From Candidatus Magasanikiibacteriota bacterium (GTDB lineage Bacteria > Patescibacteriota > Patescibacteriia > Magasanikbacterales > UBA922), in assembly GCA_043825135.1 (NCBI GenBank), contig JBDRSF010000015.1, positions 1,559-65,558 of the forward strand: a stretch of 64,000 nt of DNA, given 5' to 3'. The notes beneath the pieces were generated by a model. It made no database searches, was not told the DNA's origin, and saw only the letters and a list, made by a program, of their open reading frames with translations. Both the position numbers and the translations under genes were made by a program. Positions 16,411-25,176 of this stretch are shown piece after piece; positions within the stretch are counted from its first letter, which is position 1; every line of letters starts with the position of its first letter.

Positions 16411-17457
16411 ATGATACTCCTTACACCTAAAGATAGAATAAGAAAAATTATATTAAAAAACACTATGGAGGAAAAAAACAAAAACAATCAAATAATAATT
16501 TACAGCACCAAAAAGGGCGGTGCTGATGTTGAGGTACAGGTAAAAAATGAAAGTATTTGGCTAGATGCGCACAAAATAGCAGTTATTTTTGGGGTTAATC
16601 GGCCAGCTATAGTAAAACATATACAAAATATATATAAAACAAAAGAATTGGACGAAAAATCAACATGTTCCAAAATGGAACAGGTTGCTGCTGATGGCAA
16701 AATTCGTAAAATGAACTTATATAATTTAGATATGATAATTTCTGTTGGTTACCGTGTAAATTCTAGACGAGCAACACAATTTCGTATCTGGGCCACCAAG
16801 ACTTTGAAGCAGTATTTAATACAAGGATATGCAATAAACAAAAAGCGACTATTAGAGGTAAAAGGCAAGTTTAATCAATTGCAACAAACGATTGATTTTT
16901 TGCAAAAACAGTCTAAAAAAGAATTATTGCACGGTCAAGAAGCAGAAATTTTGAGTTTGTTGAAAGATTATTCTAAGACGTTATCTCTACTTGAACAATA
17001 TGATAAAGGAGAATTGAAGGGCAAGGCAGGTAAAAAATCAAAATTTGTTTTGGATTATAAAACTTGTAAAAATATAATTGTTGAGGTAAAGAAAGAATTG
17101 ATGGCAAAAAAAGAGGCTGGAGATTTGTTTGGGTGTGAAAAGCAGGAAGAGATGGAAGGTATTGTAAAAGGTCTTTATCAGACGTTTGTTAAAAAGGAAT
17201 TGTATAAATCTATTGAGGATAAGTCAGCTCATTTATTGTATTTTGTCATAAAAGATCATCCTTTTGTAGATGGTAATAAACGAATTGCTTCGTTTTTGTT
17301 TGTCTATTTCTTGGATAAAAATAATTATCTGTATCGTGAAAATGGAGAAAAGAAGATTAATGATAATGCTTTGACTGCGTTGTCATTGTTAGTGGTCGAG
17401 AGTAATCCAAAAGAAAAGGATCATATTATAGATTTAATTAAGCAATTATTAGCATAA
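16411..17457 (+). CDS. RhuM-family virulence protein with C-terminal Fic/DOC domain
   Basis: N-terminal IWLDAHKIAVIFGVNRPAIVKHIQNIYKTKELD...NLDMIISVGYRVNSRRATQFRIWATKTL (RhuM); C-terminal HPFVDGNKRIASFLF (Fic motif HPFx[DE]GN[GK]R). Confidence 0.75.
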   Translation: MILLTPKDRIRKIILKNTMEEKNKNNQIIIYSTKKGGADVEVQVKNESIWLDAHKIAVIFGVNRPAIVKHIQNIYKTKELDEKSTCSKMEQVAADGKIRKMNLYNLDMIISVGYRVNSRRATQFRIWATKTLKQYLIQGYAINKKRLLEVKGKFNQLQQTIDFLQKQSKKELLHGQEAEILSLLKDYSKTLSLLEQYDKGELKGKAGKKSKFVLDYKTCKNIIVEVKKELMAKKEAGDLFGCEKQEEMEGIVKGLYQTFVKKELYKSIEDKSAHLLYFVIKDHPFVDGNKRIASFLFVYFLDKNNYLYRENGEKKINDNALTALSLLVVESNPKEKDHIIDLIKQLLA

Positions 17458-17491
17458 GTGTTTATTTAACTTAGGTCTAAAATTTCTAAAT

Positions 17492-18043
17492 ATGCCACAT
17501 GGTATTAGTTACAATATAAAAGAAAGCAAAAGGGCTAAGAGTGTGCGTGTTGTGGTAAATTGCGATGCCAATGTTTCTATTGTGACACCAAAAGGATTTG
17601 ATAAAAATCTGGTAGATGTTTTTATTGCCCAAAAAGAAGCGTGGATAAAAGAAAAGATAGAATATTTTAAATCTCGTAAAAAAATAGAAACACCAAAAAG
17701 TATTGTTCAGGGGAGTTATTATACCTGCAGTGCGCGGGCAAAAAAGATGATAAAGGAGCGGGTGGAATATTATAATTCTTTTTATAATTTCAAATATACT
17801 AGAATTAGCATAAAAAAACAAAGCACCAGATGGGGGAGTTGTTCGGGAAAGAAAAATTTAAATTTTAATTATAAGTTGTTATTTTTACCTCAGGAGATGG
17901 CTGATTATGTGGTGGTTCATGAGCTCTGTCATCTGCAGGAAATGAACCATTCAAAAAAGTTTTGGGATCTAGTTGCAAAAGTCTTTCCAGATTTTAAAGA
18001 GATTAGAAAAGAGATGAGGGGGATTGGGTTGTCCCGCCTTTAG
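17492..18043 (+). CDS. YgjP-like metal-dependent hydrolase (M48/DUF45 family)
   Basis: WGSCS...ADYVVVHELCHLQEMNHSKKFW; HExxH...H zinc signature of the YgjP family. Confidence 0.75.
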   Translation: MPHGISYNIKESKRAKSVRVVVNCDANVSIVTPKGFDKNLVDVFIAQKEAWIKEKIEYFKSRKKIETPKSIVQGSYYTCSARAKKMIKERVEYYNSFYNFKYTRISIKKQSTRWGSCSGKKNLNFNYKLLFLPQEMADYVVVHELCHLQEMNHSKKFWDLVAKVFPDFKEIRKEMRGIGLSRL

Positions 18044-18045
18044 CA

Positions 18046-18072
18046 GGGATCCCGCCCAAAGGCGGGATAGTT
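18046..18072 (+). terminator. hairpin CCCGCCCAAAGGCGGG (family F) after ygjP-like gene
   Basis: GGGATCCCGCCCAAAGGCGGGATAGTTTTAT; related hairpins at 22126-22150 and 57150-57195. Confidence 0.5.
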
Positions 18073-18093
18073 TTATAGTTATTATTATATTTG

Positions 18094-18129
18094 TGTTATA
18101 ATATGATCTACTGAGATATCTCAGTAGAT
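18094..18129 (+). promoter_or_regulatory. extended -10 (TGTTATAAT) followed 4 nt later by the 24-nt palindrome ATCTACTGAGATATCTCAGTAGAT
   Basis: Second copy of the CTACTGAGATATCTCAGTAG palindrome, here overlapping the predicted transcription start of the exonuclease gene. Confidence 0.5.
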
Positions 18130-18147
18130 AATTATTAATAAAATTTT

Positions 18148-18855
18148 ATGCCAATAATCATACTAGACACCGAAACAACTGATCGCGAAGAGAGTAAGCG
18201 TTTAATTCAGCTGGCTTACAAAAATTTGGAAACTGGGGAAGTGGTGAATGAGTATTTTAAACCGCCTGTGCCGATTACCTTTGGTGCTATGGCCGTGCAC
18301 CATGTGACAAATCAGATGGTGGCGGATAAAAAATCATTTGCTGATAGTGAACGTCGGGCAATTTTGACTGAGTTGTTGCCACAGAGTATTTTAGTGGCCC
18401 ATAACGCGCCATTTGATATTCAAGTTTTAAAAAATGAAGGTCTTGAAATTGGGCAAAGTTTAGATACTTTACGATTAGCTAGACACTTGTTTGAAAGTGA
18501 ACAATACAGCTTGCAGTTTTTGCGCTATTCTTTGGGATTAAATATTGATGCTTCGGCTCATGATGCTCTGGGAGATGTGTTGGTGTTGGAAGCCTTGTTT
18601 CATTATTTGAAAAATCAAGCGCAGGAACAATTTAAATTATCTAGCGAAGAAGAAGTGATTGCAAAATTATTAGAACTAAGTGCCATGCCGGTATTGATGA
18701 ATATTATTAATTTTGGGAAATATAAAGGAAAAACTTTTGAAGATGTTGTGAAGGAAGACAGGTCATATTTACAGTGGCTGTTCGGTAGTGAAACTAGTAA
18801 ACCCGAGACAGAGCAAAATGAGGAGATGGTTTATACTTTGAAGCATTGGCTCTAG
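18148..18855 (+). CDS. DEDDh 3'-5' exonuclease (DnaQ/epsilon-like)
   Basis: Exo I ILDTETTD, Exo II LVAHNAPFDIQVL, Exo III SAHDALGDVLV; extra C-terminal KYKGKTFEDV domain. Confidence 0.75.
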   Translation: MPIIILDTETTDREESKRLIQLAYKNLETGEVVNEYFKPPVPITFGAMAVHHVTNQMVADKKSFADSERRAILTELLPQSILVAHNAPFDIQVLKNEGLEIGQSLDTLRLARHLFESEQYSLQFLRYSLGLNIDASAHDALGDVLVLEALFHYLKNQAQEQFKLSSEEEVIAKLLELSAMPVLMNIINFGKYKGKTFEDVVKEDRSYLQWLFGSETSKPETEQNEEMVYTLKHWL

Positions 18856-18900
18856 CACGATACACGACTCACGACTCACATAACACGACACAATGACAGG
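18856..18900. repeat. short tandem repeats (CACGAC/CACATAA units)
   Basis: CACGATACACGACTCACGACTCACATAACACGACACAATGAC; related 14-mer array at 59289-59362. Confidence 0.5.
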
Positions 18901-18927
18901 CATTCTGAGTGAGGGTGTCTTTTGTTT

Positions 18928-19096
18928 GACCTCCCCTTGCTAAGGGGAGGAACACACGAGTTCGCCGTAGCTTTAGCGAAGGTGGACGAAGTGGGGTGGG
19001 GTCGGTTCGCGTAAATGCGATATTAAATATCCACAGACGAGACCCCCTAGCCCCTGATGCGAATCGGGGTGCATTCCCCCTTGGTAAGGGGGAACT
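18928..19096. repeat. family D MITE-like element, 'empty' copy (GACCTCCCCTTGCTAAGGGGAGGAACAC ... GATGCGAATCGGGGTGCATTCCCCCTTGGTAAGGGGGAAC)
   Basis: Same terminal hairpins flank the DUF559 gene at 33266-33745; internal GCTTTAGCGA and CCCCCTAGCC blocks shared with other families. Confidence 0.65.
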
Positions 19097-19198
19097 AAAC
19101 AACCATCACCACAAAGGAGGAGCTCAAGCAGTAAAATCGCTTTTTCTGGCGATTTTTGGTATACTGAATATAGTCAAATAAGTCTTAGTTATAATAAT

Positions 19199-19504
19199 AT
19201 GTCCAAAAAACCTTGGTTCATTGGTTTGGCACAGGCCTTGGGGGTAGTGATTTATTGTATTTTAGTTAGTGGGGTGTTTCAACTTATGCAAAAAGTAGAT
19301 GCTCAACCACCAGCGTTTTTTGCTGCGGCTTTTATGCTTTTGTTTTTAGTTTTCTCTGTCGCTACGGTTGGTTCTTTGGTATTTGGCTATTTTGCATATT
19401 TACTAGTTAATAAAAAAATTAAACCAGCTGTGCAAGTTTTGCTTTCAACTTTAGGATTTTGTTTGTTGTTTGTAATACTTATTATTAGTGTGTTGATGAT
19501 TTAA
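19199..19504 (+). CDS. small membrane protein (3 TM), hypothetical
   Basis: 101 aa, three hydrophobic helices. Confidence 0.5.
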   Translation: MSKKPWFIGLAQALGVVIYCILVSGVFQLMQKVDAQPPAFFAAAFMLLFLVFSVATVGSLVFGYFAYLLVNKKIKPAVQVLLSTLGFCLLFVILIISVLMI

Positions 19505-19518
19505 AAAAATATTAATTT

Positions 19519-20832
19519 ATGATAAAAAATACAACTAAAAAAAGGGAGACGATTTTTGATACCACTGATTTGGAAATAACTGAGGAAATAGAAAAAGCCT
19601 TGGAAATAATGGAGAATACACACGATACTGTGTATGTAACTGGAAAAGCGGGGACTGGGAAATCAACTTTACTAAAACATTTTTGTAATAATACGACAAA
19701 AAAAATCGCCATTGTGGCACCGACTGGGGTGGCGGCGATAAATGTGGGCGGAATGACAATTCATTCTTTTTTTAAATTTCCATTTGGAATTTTGGAAGAA
19801 GGTGATGTGGAGTTTTTGTTTTTCAAAAAGGAATTATTTGAAAATTTAGAAACATTAGTTATTGATGAAGTTTCAATGGTACGGGCAGATTTGATGAATG
19901 CGATTGATGTGTCACTGCGAAAAAATACTGGTAATAAAAATCTACCATTTGGCGGAGTGCAGGTGATTATGTTTGGTGATCTTTATCAGTTGCCACCAGT
20001 TGTGACTAGTATTGAGGAAAGGGATTATTTGCAAGAAAATTATGGTGGTTTGTATTTTTTTAATGCGCCAGTTTTTAAAGAAGTAAAACTTAGAAAAATT
20101 GATTTGAATAAAATCTTTCGTCAAAAGAATGATGAGATTTTTGTAAATGTTTTAAATAATATTAGAGAGTGTCGGGTTACTCAAACTGATTTGATGGCAT
20201 TAAATCAGCGGGTAAAAATTTATGATGAAAAATCAGGGCCAGCAATTGTGTTGGCAACGACAAATAATATTGTGGATTCCATAAATGAATCTGAGTTGAA
20301 AAAGATAAGGGAGAGAGAGTTTATATTTAAATATAATGCAAGCGGAGATTTTGATATAAAAAAATCCCCAGCTGAATTAAAATTAAAATTAAAAATTGGC
20401 GCGCAAGTAATGATGATAAAAAATGATAATCAAGTACCTAGGCGTTGGGCCAATGGTACCTTGGGGACAGTGGTCGGATTAAAAAAAGATAAAATTATTA
20501 TAAATATTGGCCGAGAGAATCATGCAATTGAAAAAGCGACTTGGGATGATTTTGAATATGAATATGATCGTGAACAGGAGACTGTGGAACGGTTTTCCAA
20601 AGGTTCGTTTATGCAATACCCAATCAAGTTAGCTTGGGCAGTGACAATCCACAAAAGCCAGGGCAAAACCTTTGAGCGAGTGATTATTGATCTTGGTCGC
20701 GGTGCTTTTGCTCATGGTCAAACCTATGTGGCGCTTAGTCGGTGTACTACGCTGAAGGAAATTTATATGAAAAAGCCAGTGCGATTATCTGATATTATTT
20801 TGGATCAGGAAGTGGTGGATTTTCATGCTTAG
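19519..20832 (+). CDS. Pif1/RecD-family (SF1B) DNA helicase
   Basis: Walker A TGKAGTGKSTLLK, Walker B LVIDEVSMV, FGDLYQLPPV, C-terminal TIHKSQGKTFERVIIDL and YVALSRCTTL (UvrD_C_2-like). Confidence 0.8.
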   Translation: MIKNTTKKRETIFDTTDLEITEEIEKALEIMENTHDTVYVTGKAGTGKSTLLKHFCNNTTKKIAIVAPTGVAAINVGGMTIHSFFKFPFGILEEGDVEFLFFKKELFENLETLVIDEVSMVRADLMNAIDVSLRKNTGNKNLPFGGVQVIMFGDLYQLPPVVTSIEERDYLQENYGGLYFFNAPVFKEVKLRKIDLNKIFRQKNDEIFVNVLNNIRECRVTQTDLMALNQRVKIYDEKSGPAIVLATTNNIVDSINESELKKIREREFIFKYNASGDFDIKKSPAELKLKLKIGAQVMMIKNDNQVPRRWANGTLGTVVGLKKDKIIINIGRENHAIEKATWDDFEYEYDREQETVERFSKGSFMQYPIKLAWAVTIHKSQGKTFERVIIDLGRGAFAHGQTYVALSRCTTLKEIYMKKPVRLSDIILDQEVVDFHA

Positions 20833-20852
20833 ATTTTTCTTATTTTATATTT

Positions 20853-21185
20853 ATGCGTATCTGGGACATTCATCCAAAATATTTATGTAGGAAGCATTTG
20901 CTAGCTGAACATCGTGAATTGCATGGGCTGTGGAATATTTTGACTAAACATAAAGCCAAGGGTGGTTATTCACGTCATCCTGAGACTTTGCGCTGGGTCG
21001 GCAAGACGCGAGCGCTTTTTGACAGGCACGAGGCGCTTACCAAGGAGTTTACCAGGCGTGGTTACAATCATCACACTCCACTTGATAAGAAATTAGCCAA
21101 AGGCAAAACCAAACAAGACGTTTTTGTTAATACTGTTGCCGAACAAAAAATTATTCTAAAAAATAAATCTTGTGATTGTTTTTAG
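20853..21185 (+). CDS. pyrimidine-dimer DNA glycosylase (T4 endonuclease V/DenV family)
   Basis: MRIWDIHPKYLCRKHLLAEHRELHGLW parallels T4 endoV LSELADQHLMAEHRELPRVF. Confidence 0.65.
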   Translation: MRIWDIHPKYLCRKHLLAEHRELHGLWNILTKHKAKGGYSRHPETLRWVGKTRALFDRHEALTKEFTRRGYNHHTPLDKKLAKGKTKQDVFVNTVAEQKIILKNKSCDCF

Positions 21186-21253
21186 TCTTTGTTTGGGGCA
21201 AAGTAATATTTATATATGTATTTAAAAAGTTTTTAATATGCTAAAATATAGTC

Positions 21254-21934
21254 ATGTTTGTCAATAAAAAAACAATTCATGATTTGCCGAGTTTCGAGCG
21301 TCCGCGAGAGAAATTGATTCATTATGGCCCAGAAAAATTAAGCACAACTGAACTCTTAGCCATTCTTTTGCGTTCCGGAAAAAAGGGAGAGAATGTTTTA
21401 ATAATGGCAGAAAAAATTATCAAGAAATTTTCCGAAAAGGGTTTGCAAAATGCTAATTTTGAAGAACTAAATTATTATTCCGGCCTAGGTCCGGCCAAGT
21501 CTTGTGAAATTATAGCTTGTTTTGAATTGGGACGACGATTTTTACAAAATAAAAAAGCGGTTTTGATTATGTCGCCGGAAGATGTGTGGGGGCAAATGGC
21601 TGATTTACGGGATAATAAAAAGGAACATTTCGTTGTTTTTTTTCTAGATATTCGCAATCAAAAAATAAAACGGCAAGTTGTGTCTATTGGTACGCTTAAT
21701 ACTAGTCTGGTACATCCTCGTGAAGTTTTTGAAGAAGCTATCCGCTATAACTCCGCTCAAATTATTGTGGCACACAATCATCCTTCAGGCGATACTGAGC
21801 CTTCGGATGAAGATTTACAAATTACTCACCGTCTCAAAAAAGCCGGAGAGATTTTGGGGATTGAATTACTGGATCATGTGATTGTGGCGGGGGAGGGATG
21901 GCTAAGTTTGAAGGAATCAAATAACTTGCTTTAA
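21254..21934 (+). CDS. radC: RadC-like JAB/MPN domain protein (UPF0758)
   Basis: Helix-hairpin-helix-like N-terminus; C-terminal JAMM motif HNHPSGDTEPSDEDLQITHRL. Confidence 0.8.
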   Translation: MFVNKKTIHDLPSFERPREKLIHYGPEKLSTTELLAILLRSGKKGENVLIMAEKIIKKFSEKGLQNANFEELNYYSGLGPAKSCEIIACFELGRRFLQNKKAVLIMSPEDVWGQMADLRDNKKEHFVVFFLDIRNQKIKRQVVSIGTLNTSLVHPREVFEEAIRYNSAQIIVAHNHPSGDTEPSDEDLQITHRLKKAGEILGIELLDHVIVAGEGWLSLKESNNLL

Positions 21935-21943
21935 TGTTGAATT

Positions 21944-22123
21944 ATGAGTAAAATAAGGGTTATAAACAAGAGATTAAAGAAAACCTGTGCCTGTTGTGGC
22001 AAAGAGGTTAATGTTATTGTTTATAGTGACAGAACTTACCGCGGAGGACACTATTTTTTCAAGATTCCTGTAAAAGGAGAGCAGATTGAGTATTGGGAAT
22101 GTCCGAAGTGTTATTGGGGGTAG
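21944..22123 (+). CDS. small zinc-ribbon protein (59 aa)
   Basis: MSKIRVINKRLKKTCACCGK...EYWECPKCYWG, two CxxC pairs; below ORF-track cutoff; followed by hairpin ATCCGCCCAAGGCGGAT. Confidence 0.4.
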   Translation: MSKIRVINKRLKKTCACCGKEVNVIVYSDRTYRGGHYFFKIPVKGEQIEYWECPKCYWG

Positions 22124-22286
22124 GTTTTAATCCGCCCAAGGCGGATGAAAGGGTTTAATTCCCCGAAGCTTGCTTCGAAACTTCTTATTCATACTCCGTC
22201 AGCTTGCTGCGGAGAAGTTGATTTAAAGATAAAAATATGATAGAAAATGATGCAGAGATTGTTATTATTAATATAGAGAAAATAAT

Positions 22287-22613
22287 ATGAATGATCTTAT
22301 AAATATAAAAGTAATTCAAAAAGATTTTAATGGTGAGAAGAAGAGGTTTGTTAATGCTAGGGAATTGCATCAGTGGTTGGGTGTGGGCAGAGACTTTTCA
22401 AACTGGATAAAAGACCGCATTGAAAAGTATGATTTTGTTGAAGATTTAGACTATTTTATAGCCTTCGCCAAATTTGGCGATGGACAAAAAGCCCATAACT
22501 CAGGCAAAATTATTGATGCCAAAACTGGTAAAATTTTACCAAAGGAGTATGTCCTTTCTGTGGATATGGCAAAAGAATTTAGCCAAGAAGATATTCAAAA
22601 ACTTATTGGATGA
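22287..22613 (+). CDS. phage antirepressor-like protein (AntA/KilAC-type)
   Basis: DFNGEKKRFVNARELHQWLGVGRDFSNWIKDRIEKYDFVEDLDYF resembles AntA/AntB N-terminal domain. Confidence 0.5.
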   Translation: MNDLINIKVIQKDFNGEKKRFVNARELHQWLGVGRDFSNWIKDRIEKYDFVEDLDYFIAFAKFGDGQKAHNSGKIIDAKTGKILPKEYVLSVDMAKEFSQEDIQKLIG

Positions 22614-22626
22614 GGAAAGTATAGAG

Positions 22627-22995
22627 ATGTTTAATATTATCAAAAAAACAGAATTGATTGTTTTGGTGGTTGAATTTGGTCATAGGCAGGGGGTTTATAA
22701 AGATAAATATAAAATGAAAATTATTGATAAATTAAAATTTATTTGGAAGATATTATTGAAAGCTGAAAATATAGAGAATAATCAGCGAATTTTGGATTGC
22801 CAAGAAAAGCTTTTTGAAAAAGAGGAAAAACTAAGAGATAAGCAGAAAATTATAGACGATTTGAAGACAAAAAATCAGGAATTAGAGAATGAAAATAAAG
22901 AATTAAAGAATGGACAAAATAATCAAATTAAAGATTCGCAGCGAAGAAATTTTGAAGAAACAAAAAGAAATTTGAGGGAAGATTCAAATAAATAA
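22627..22995 (+). CDS. coiled-coil protein (hypothetical)
   Basis: Start at first ATG after the upstream stop; long heptad-like K/E-rich region KLFEKEEKLRDKQKIIDDLKTKNQELENENKELK. Confidence 0.4.
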   Translation: MFNIIKKTELIVLVVEFGHRQGVYKDKYKMKIIDKLKFIWKILLKAENIENNQRILDCQEKLFEKEEKLRDKQKIIDDLKTKNQELENENKELKNGQNNQIKDSQRRNFEETKRNLREDSNK

Positions 22996-22998
22996 TTT

Positions 22999-25167
22999 AT
23001 GTCCAAATACGAAAAATTTTCAAAAGAGGAATTGATTATGTTGGCTGAAAAGCAGGATAGTGAATTAGCGTCCAAGAAATATGGATTGGTTTGGGATGCA
23101 GAACGTGAGCCGGAGCAGGTGGTTTTGGATTGTGCTGAGAATTTACCTGTGTTAAAACGGGTTAAGGGCAAAGAAATTCGCACAAACGACGACGAAGATA
23201 ATATTTTAATAGAAGGCGACAATTATCACGCTTTAACTGTTTTAAATTATACTCATAAAGAAAAAATTGATGTTATTTATATTGATCCGCCATATAATAC
23301 GGGGAATCAGGATTTTAAATACAACGACCGATTTGTGGATAAAACTGACGGTTTTCGTCACAGCAAATGGCTCAATTTCATGGCAAAACGTCTCGTTCTC
23401 GCCCACGACCTGTTGAAAGATACTGGTGTGATTTTTATTTCTATTGATGATAATGAACAAGCACAGTTGAAAATGTTGTGTGATAAGGTCTTTGGACAGG
23501 ATAATTTTGTTGGTCTTTTGCCGAGATTGATAAAAAAAAGTGGAAAATCTACGGAAAGTGTTTCAAAAAACAATGATTATGTTCTGATTTATTTTAAAGG
23601 TGGTAGTGCAAAATTAAGTAGTATAGAACATAATGATGCTGGATTTAAGTACAAGGATGAATTTTTTGAAGAAAGAGGATTTTATAAATTAAACCAGACT
23701 CTTGACTATGATTCTATTCAATATTCAAAATCATTAGATTACAAAATAATCATTGAAGGCGAAGAAATTTTACCGGGAGGAGTTTCCGAAAAGAAAATGA
23801 ATGAAAGGATTCAAAATAATCCAATGCGTGATTTTTGTTGGAGATGGTCAAGAAAATTATTTGATTTCGGTCTAAAAAATGATTTTATTGTTGTTAAAAA
23901 ATACAAAAATAAACCTAGCAGAATTTATACAAAGACATATCAAAATGCCACAATTTCAAAAAAAGAAAATGGTGAATATTTTGTAGAAATAGTGCAACGC
24001 TCAAAACCAATGACCACTATTGATCTGATTGAAAATGAATATTCAAATGATGGGGCAAAAAAAGAATTAAAAAACATTTTCGGAGAAGTACAATTTGATT
24101 ATCCAAAACCAACAAGTTTAATTAAGCAACTATTGAGAGTTTCATCTGAGCAGCATTCCTTAATTCTTGATTTCATGGCTGGTTCTGGCACAACTGGTCA
24201 TGCAGTTTTGGACTTGAACAAAGAAGATGGTGGGAGTAGAAAATTTATTTTATGCACCAACAATGAGGTGAATGGTCTTGAAAAGGAGTTGAAAGAAAAA
24301 GGTTTAAGTGAAAAAGAGATTGAAAAGTATGGAATTTGTCAGAAAGTTACTTATCCCCGTTTAGAAAAAGTTATCAAAGGCTACAAGAAAAATGGCAATG
24401 GAGAGAAGGTGGAAGGTTTAGGTGGAAATTTGCAGTACTTTAGGACGGCTTTGGTGAAAAAAACATCAGCGGTAAATACAAAAATAGATATTACATCTAA
24501 ATGTACGGAAATGTTGTGCGTGAAGGAAAACATTTTTAATTTTGAAAAAGAGAGGGAGGATTATAAGATCTTTTCTTCAAACAAAAAGGATAAATTTCTT
24601 TGTATTTATTATAATTTTCTTGAAAAAAGCTTTGAAGAATTTTTGTCTGAGTTAAAAAAAATAAAAGAAGAAAAAGCAGTCTATATTTTCTCTTTGAAGG
24701 ACGAAATTGATAAGAAAATTACTTCTAGCGTTGAAAATGCTAGATTTGAAGCTATTCCGCATAAGATTTTGAAGGTTTATGAAGAGTGGGTCAAGAAAAA
24801 CATACCAATGAGGAGCGATTTGATTCTTTTGGAATTTGCGAGAGCTAAGGATAAAGTCTTTGAGCAAAAAGATAAAGACGAAAGCGCTAGACTATTAAGA
24901 ATAGTTTTGGAAAAAGTAATAGTCAAAATTTCACAAAAAAATAATGTTGAATTTTTAAAAGAAAATTCTAAACAAGAAAAAGCGTCAATTTTGAACGATA
25001 AGTTGAAAAGTGAAAATATTTTTTCCAAAGTGGATTGGGAAGAAAACAAAACTTATTTGGCAATTGGAAACAATGCTTCGCATGGGGAATATGGAGATTA
25101 TAATATAAAACAAGTTGAAAATTTTTATAGGCATATTCAAATACTTTTAAATAAATTTGGGGTATAA
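22999..25167 (+). CDS. mod: Type III restriction-modification methyltransferase (Mod; N6-adenine)
   Basis: Motif IV IYIDPPYNTGN, motif I DFMAGSGTTGHAV; 722 aa with C-terminal extension. Confidence 0.85.
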   Translation: MSKYEKFSKEELIMLAEKQDSELASKKYGLVWDAEREPEQVVLDCAENLPVLKRVKGKEIRTNDDEDNILIEGDNYHALTVLNYTHKEKIDVIYIDPPYNTGNQDFKYNDRFVDKTDGFRHSKWLNFMAKRLVLAHDLLKDTGVIFISIDDNEQAQLKMLCDKVFGQDNFVGLLPRLIKKSGKSTESVSKNNDYVLIYFKGGSAKLSSIEHNDAGFKYKDEFFEERGFYKLNQTLDYDSIQYSKSLDYKIIIEGEEILPGGVSEKKMNERIQNNPMRDFCWRWSRKLFDFGLKNDFIVVKKYKNKPSRIYTKTYQNATISKKENGEYFVEIVQRSKPMTTIDLIENEYSNDGAKKELKNIFGEVQFDYPKPTSLIKQLLRVSSEQHSLILDFMAGSGTTGHAVLDLNKEDGGSRKFILCTNNEVNGLEKELKEKGLSEKEIEKYGICQKVTYPRLEKVIKGYKKNGNGEKVEGLGGNLQYFRTALVKKTSAVNTKIDITSKCTEMLCVKENIFNFEKEREDYKIFSSNKKDKFLCIYYNFLEKSFEEFLSELKKIKEEKAVYIFSLKDEIDKKITSSVENARFEAIPHKILKVYEEWVKKNIPMRSDLILLEFARAKDKVFEQKDKDESARLLRIVLEKVIVKISQKNNVEFLKENSKQEKASILNDKLKSENIFSKVDWEENKTYLAIGNNASHGEYGDYNIKQVENFYRHIQILLNKFGV

Positions 25168-25176
25168 TATAAATAT

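Noticed and set aside
22474-22626. 5' extension of ORF 22474-22995 overlapping the antirepressor gene
   Set aside because: Overlaps 22287-22613 in another frame; the first ATG after that gene's stop (22627) gives a sensible non-overlapping start
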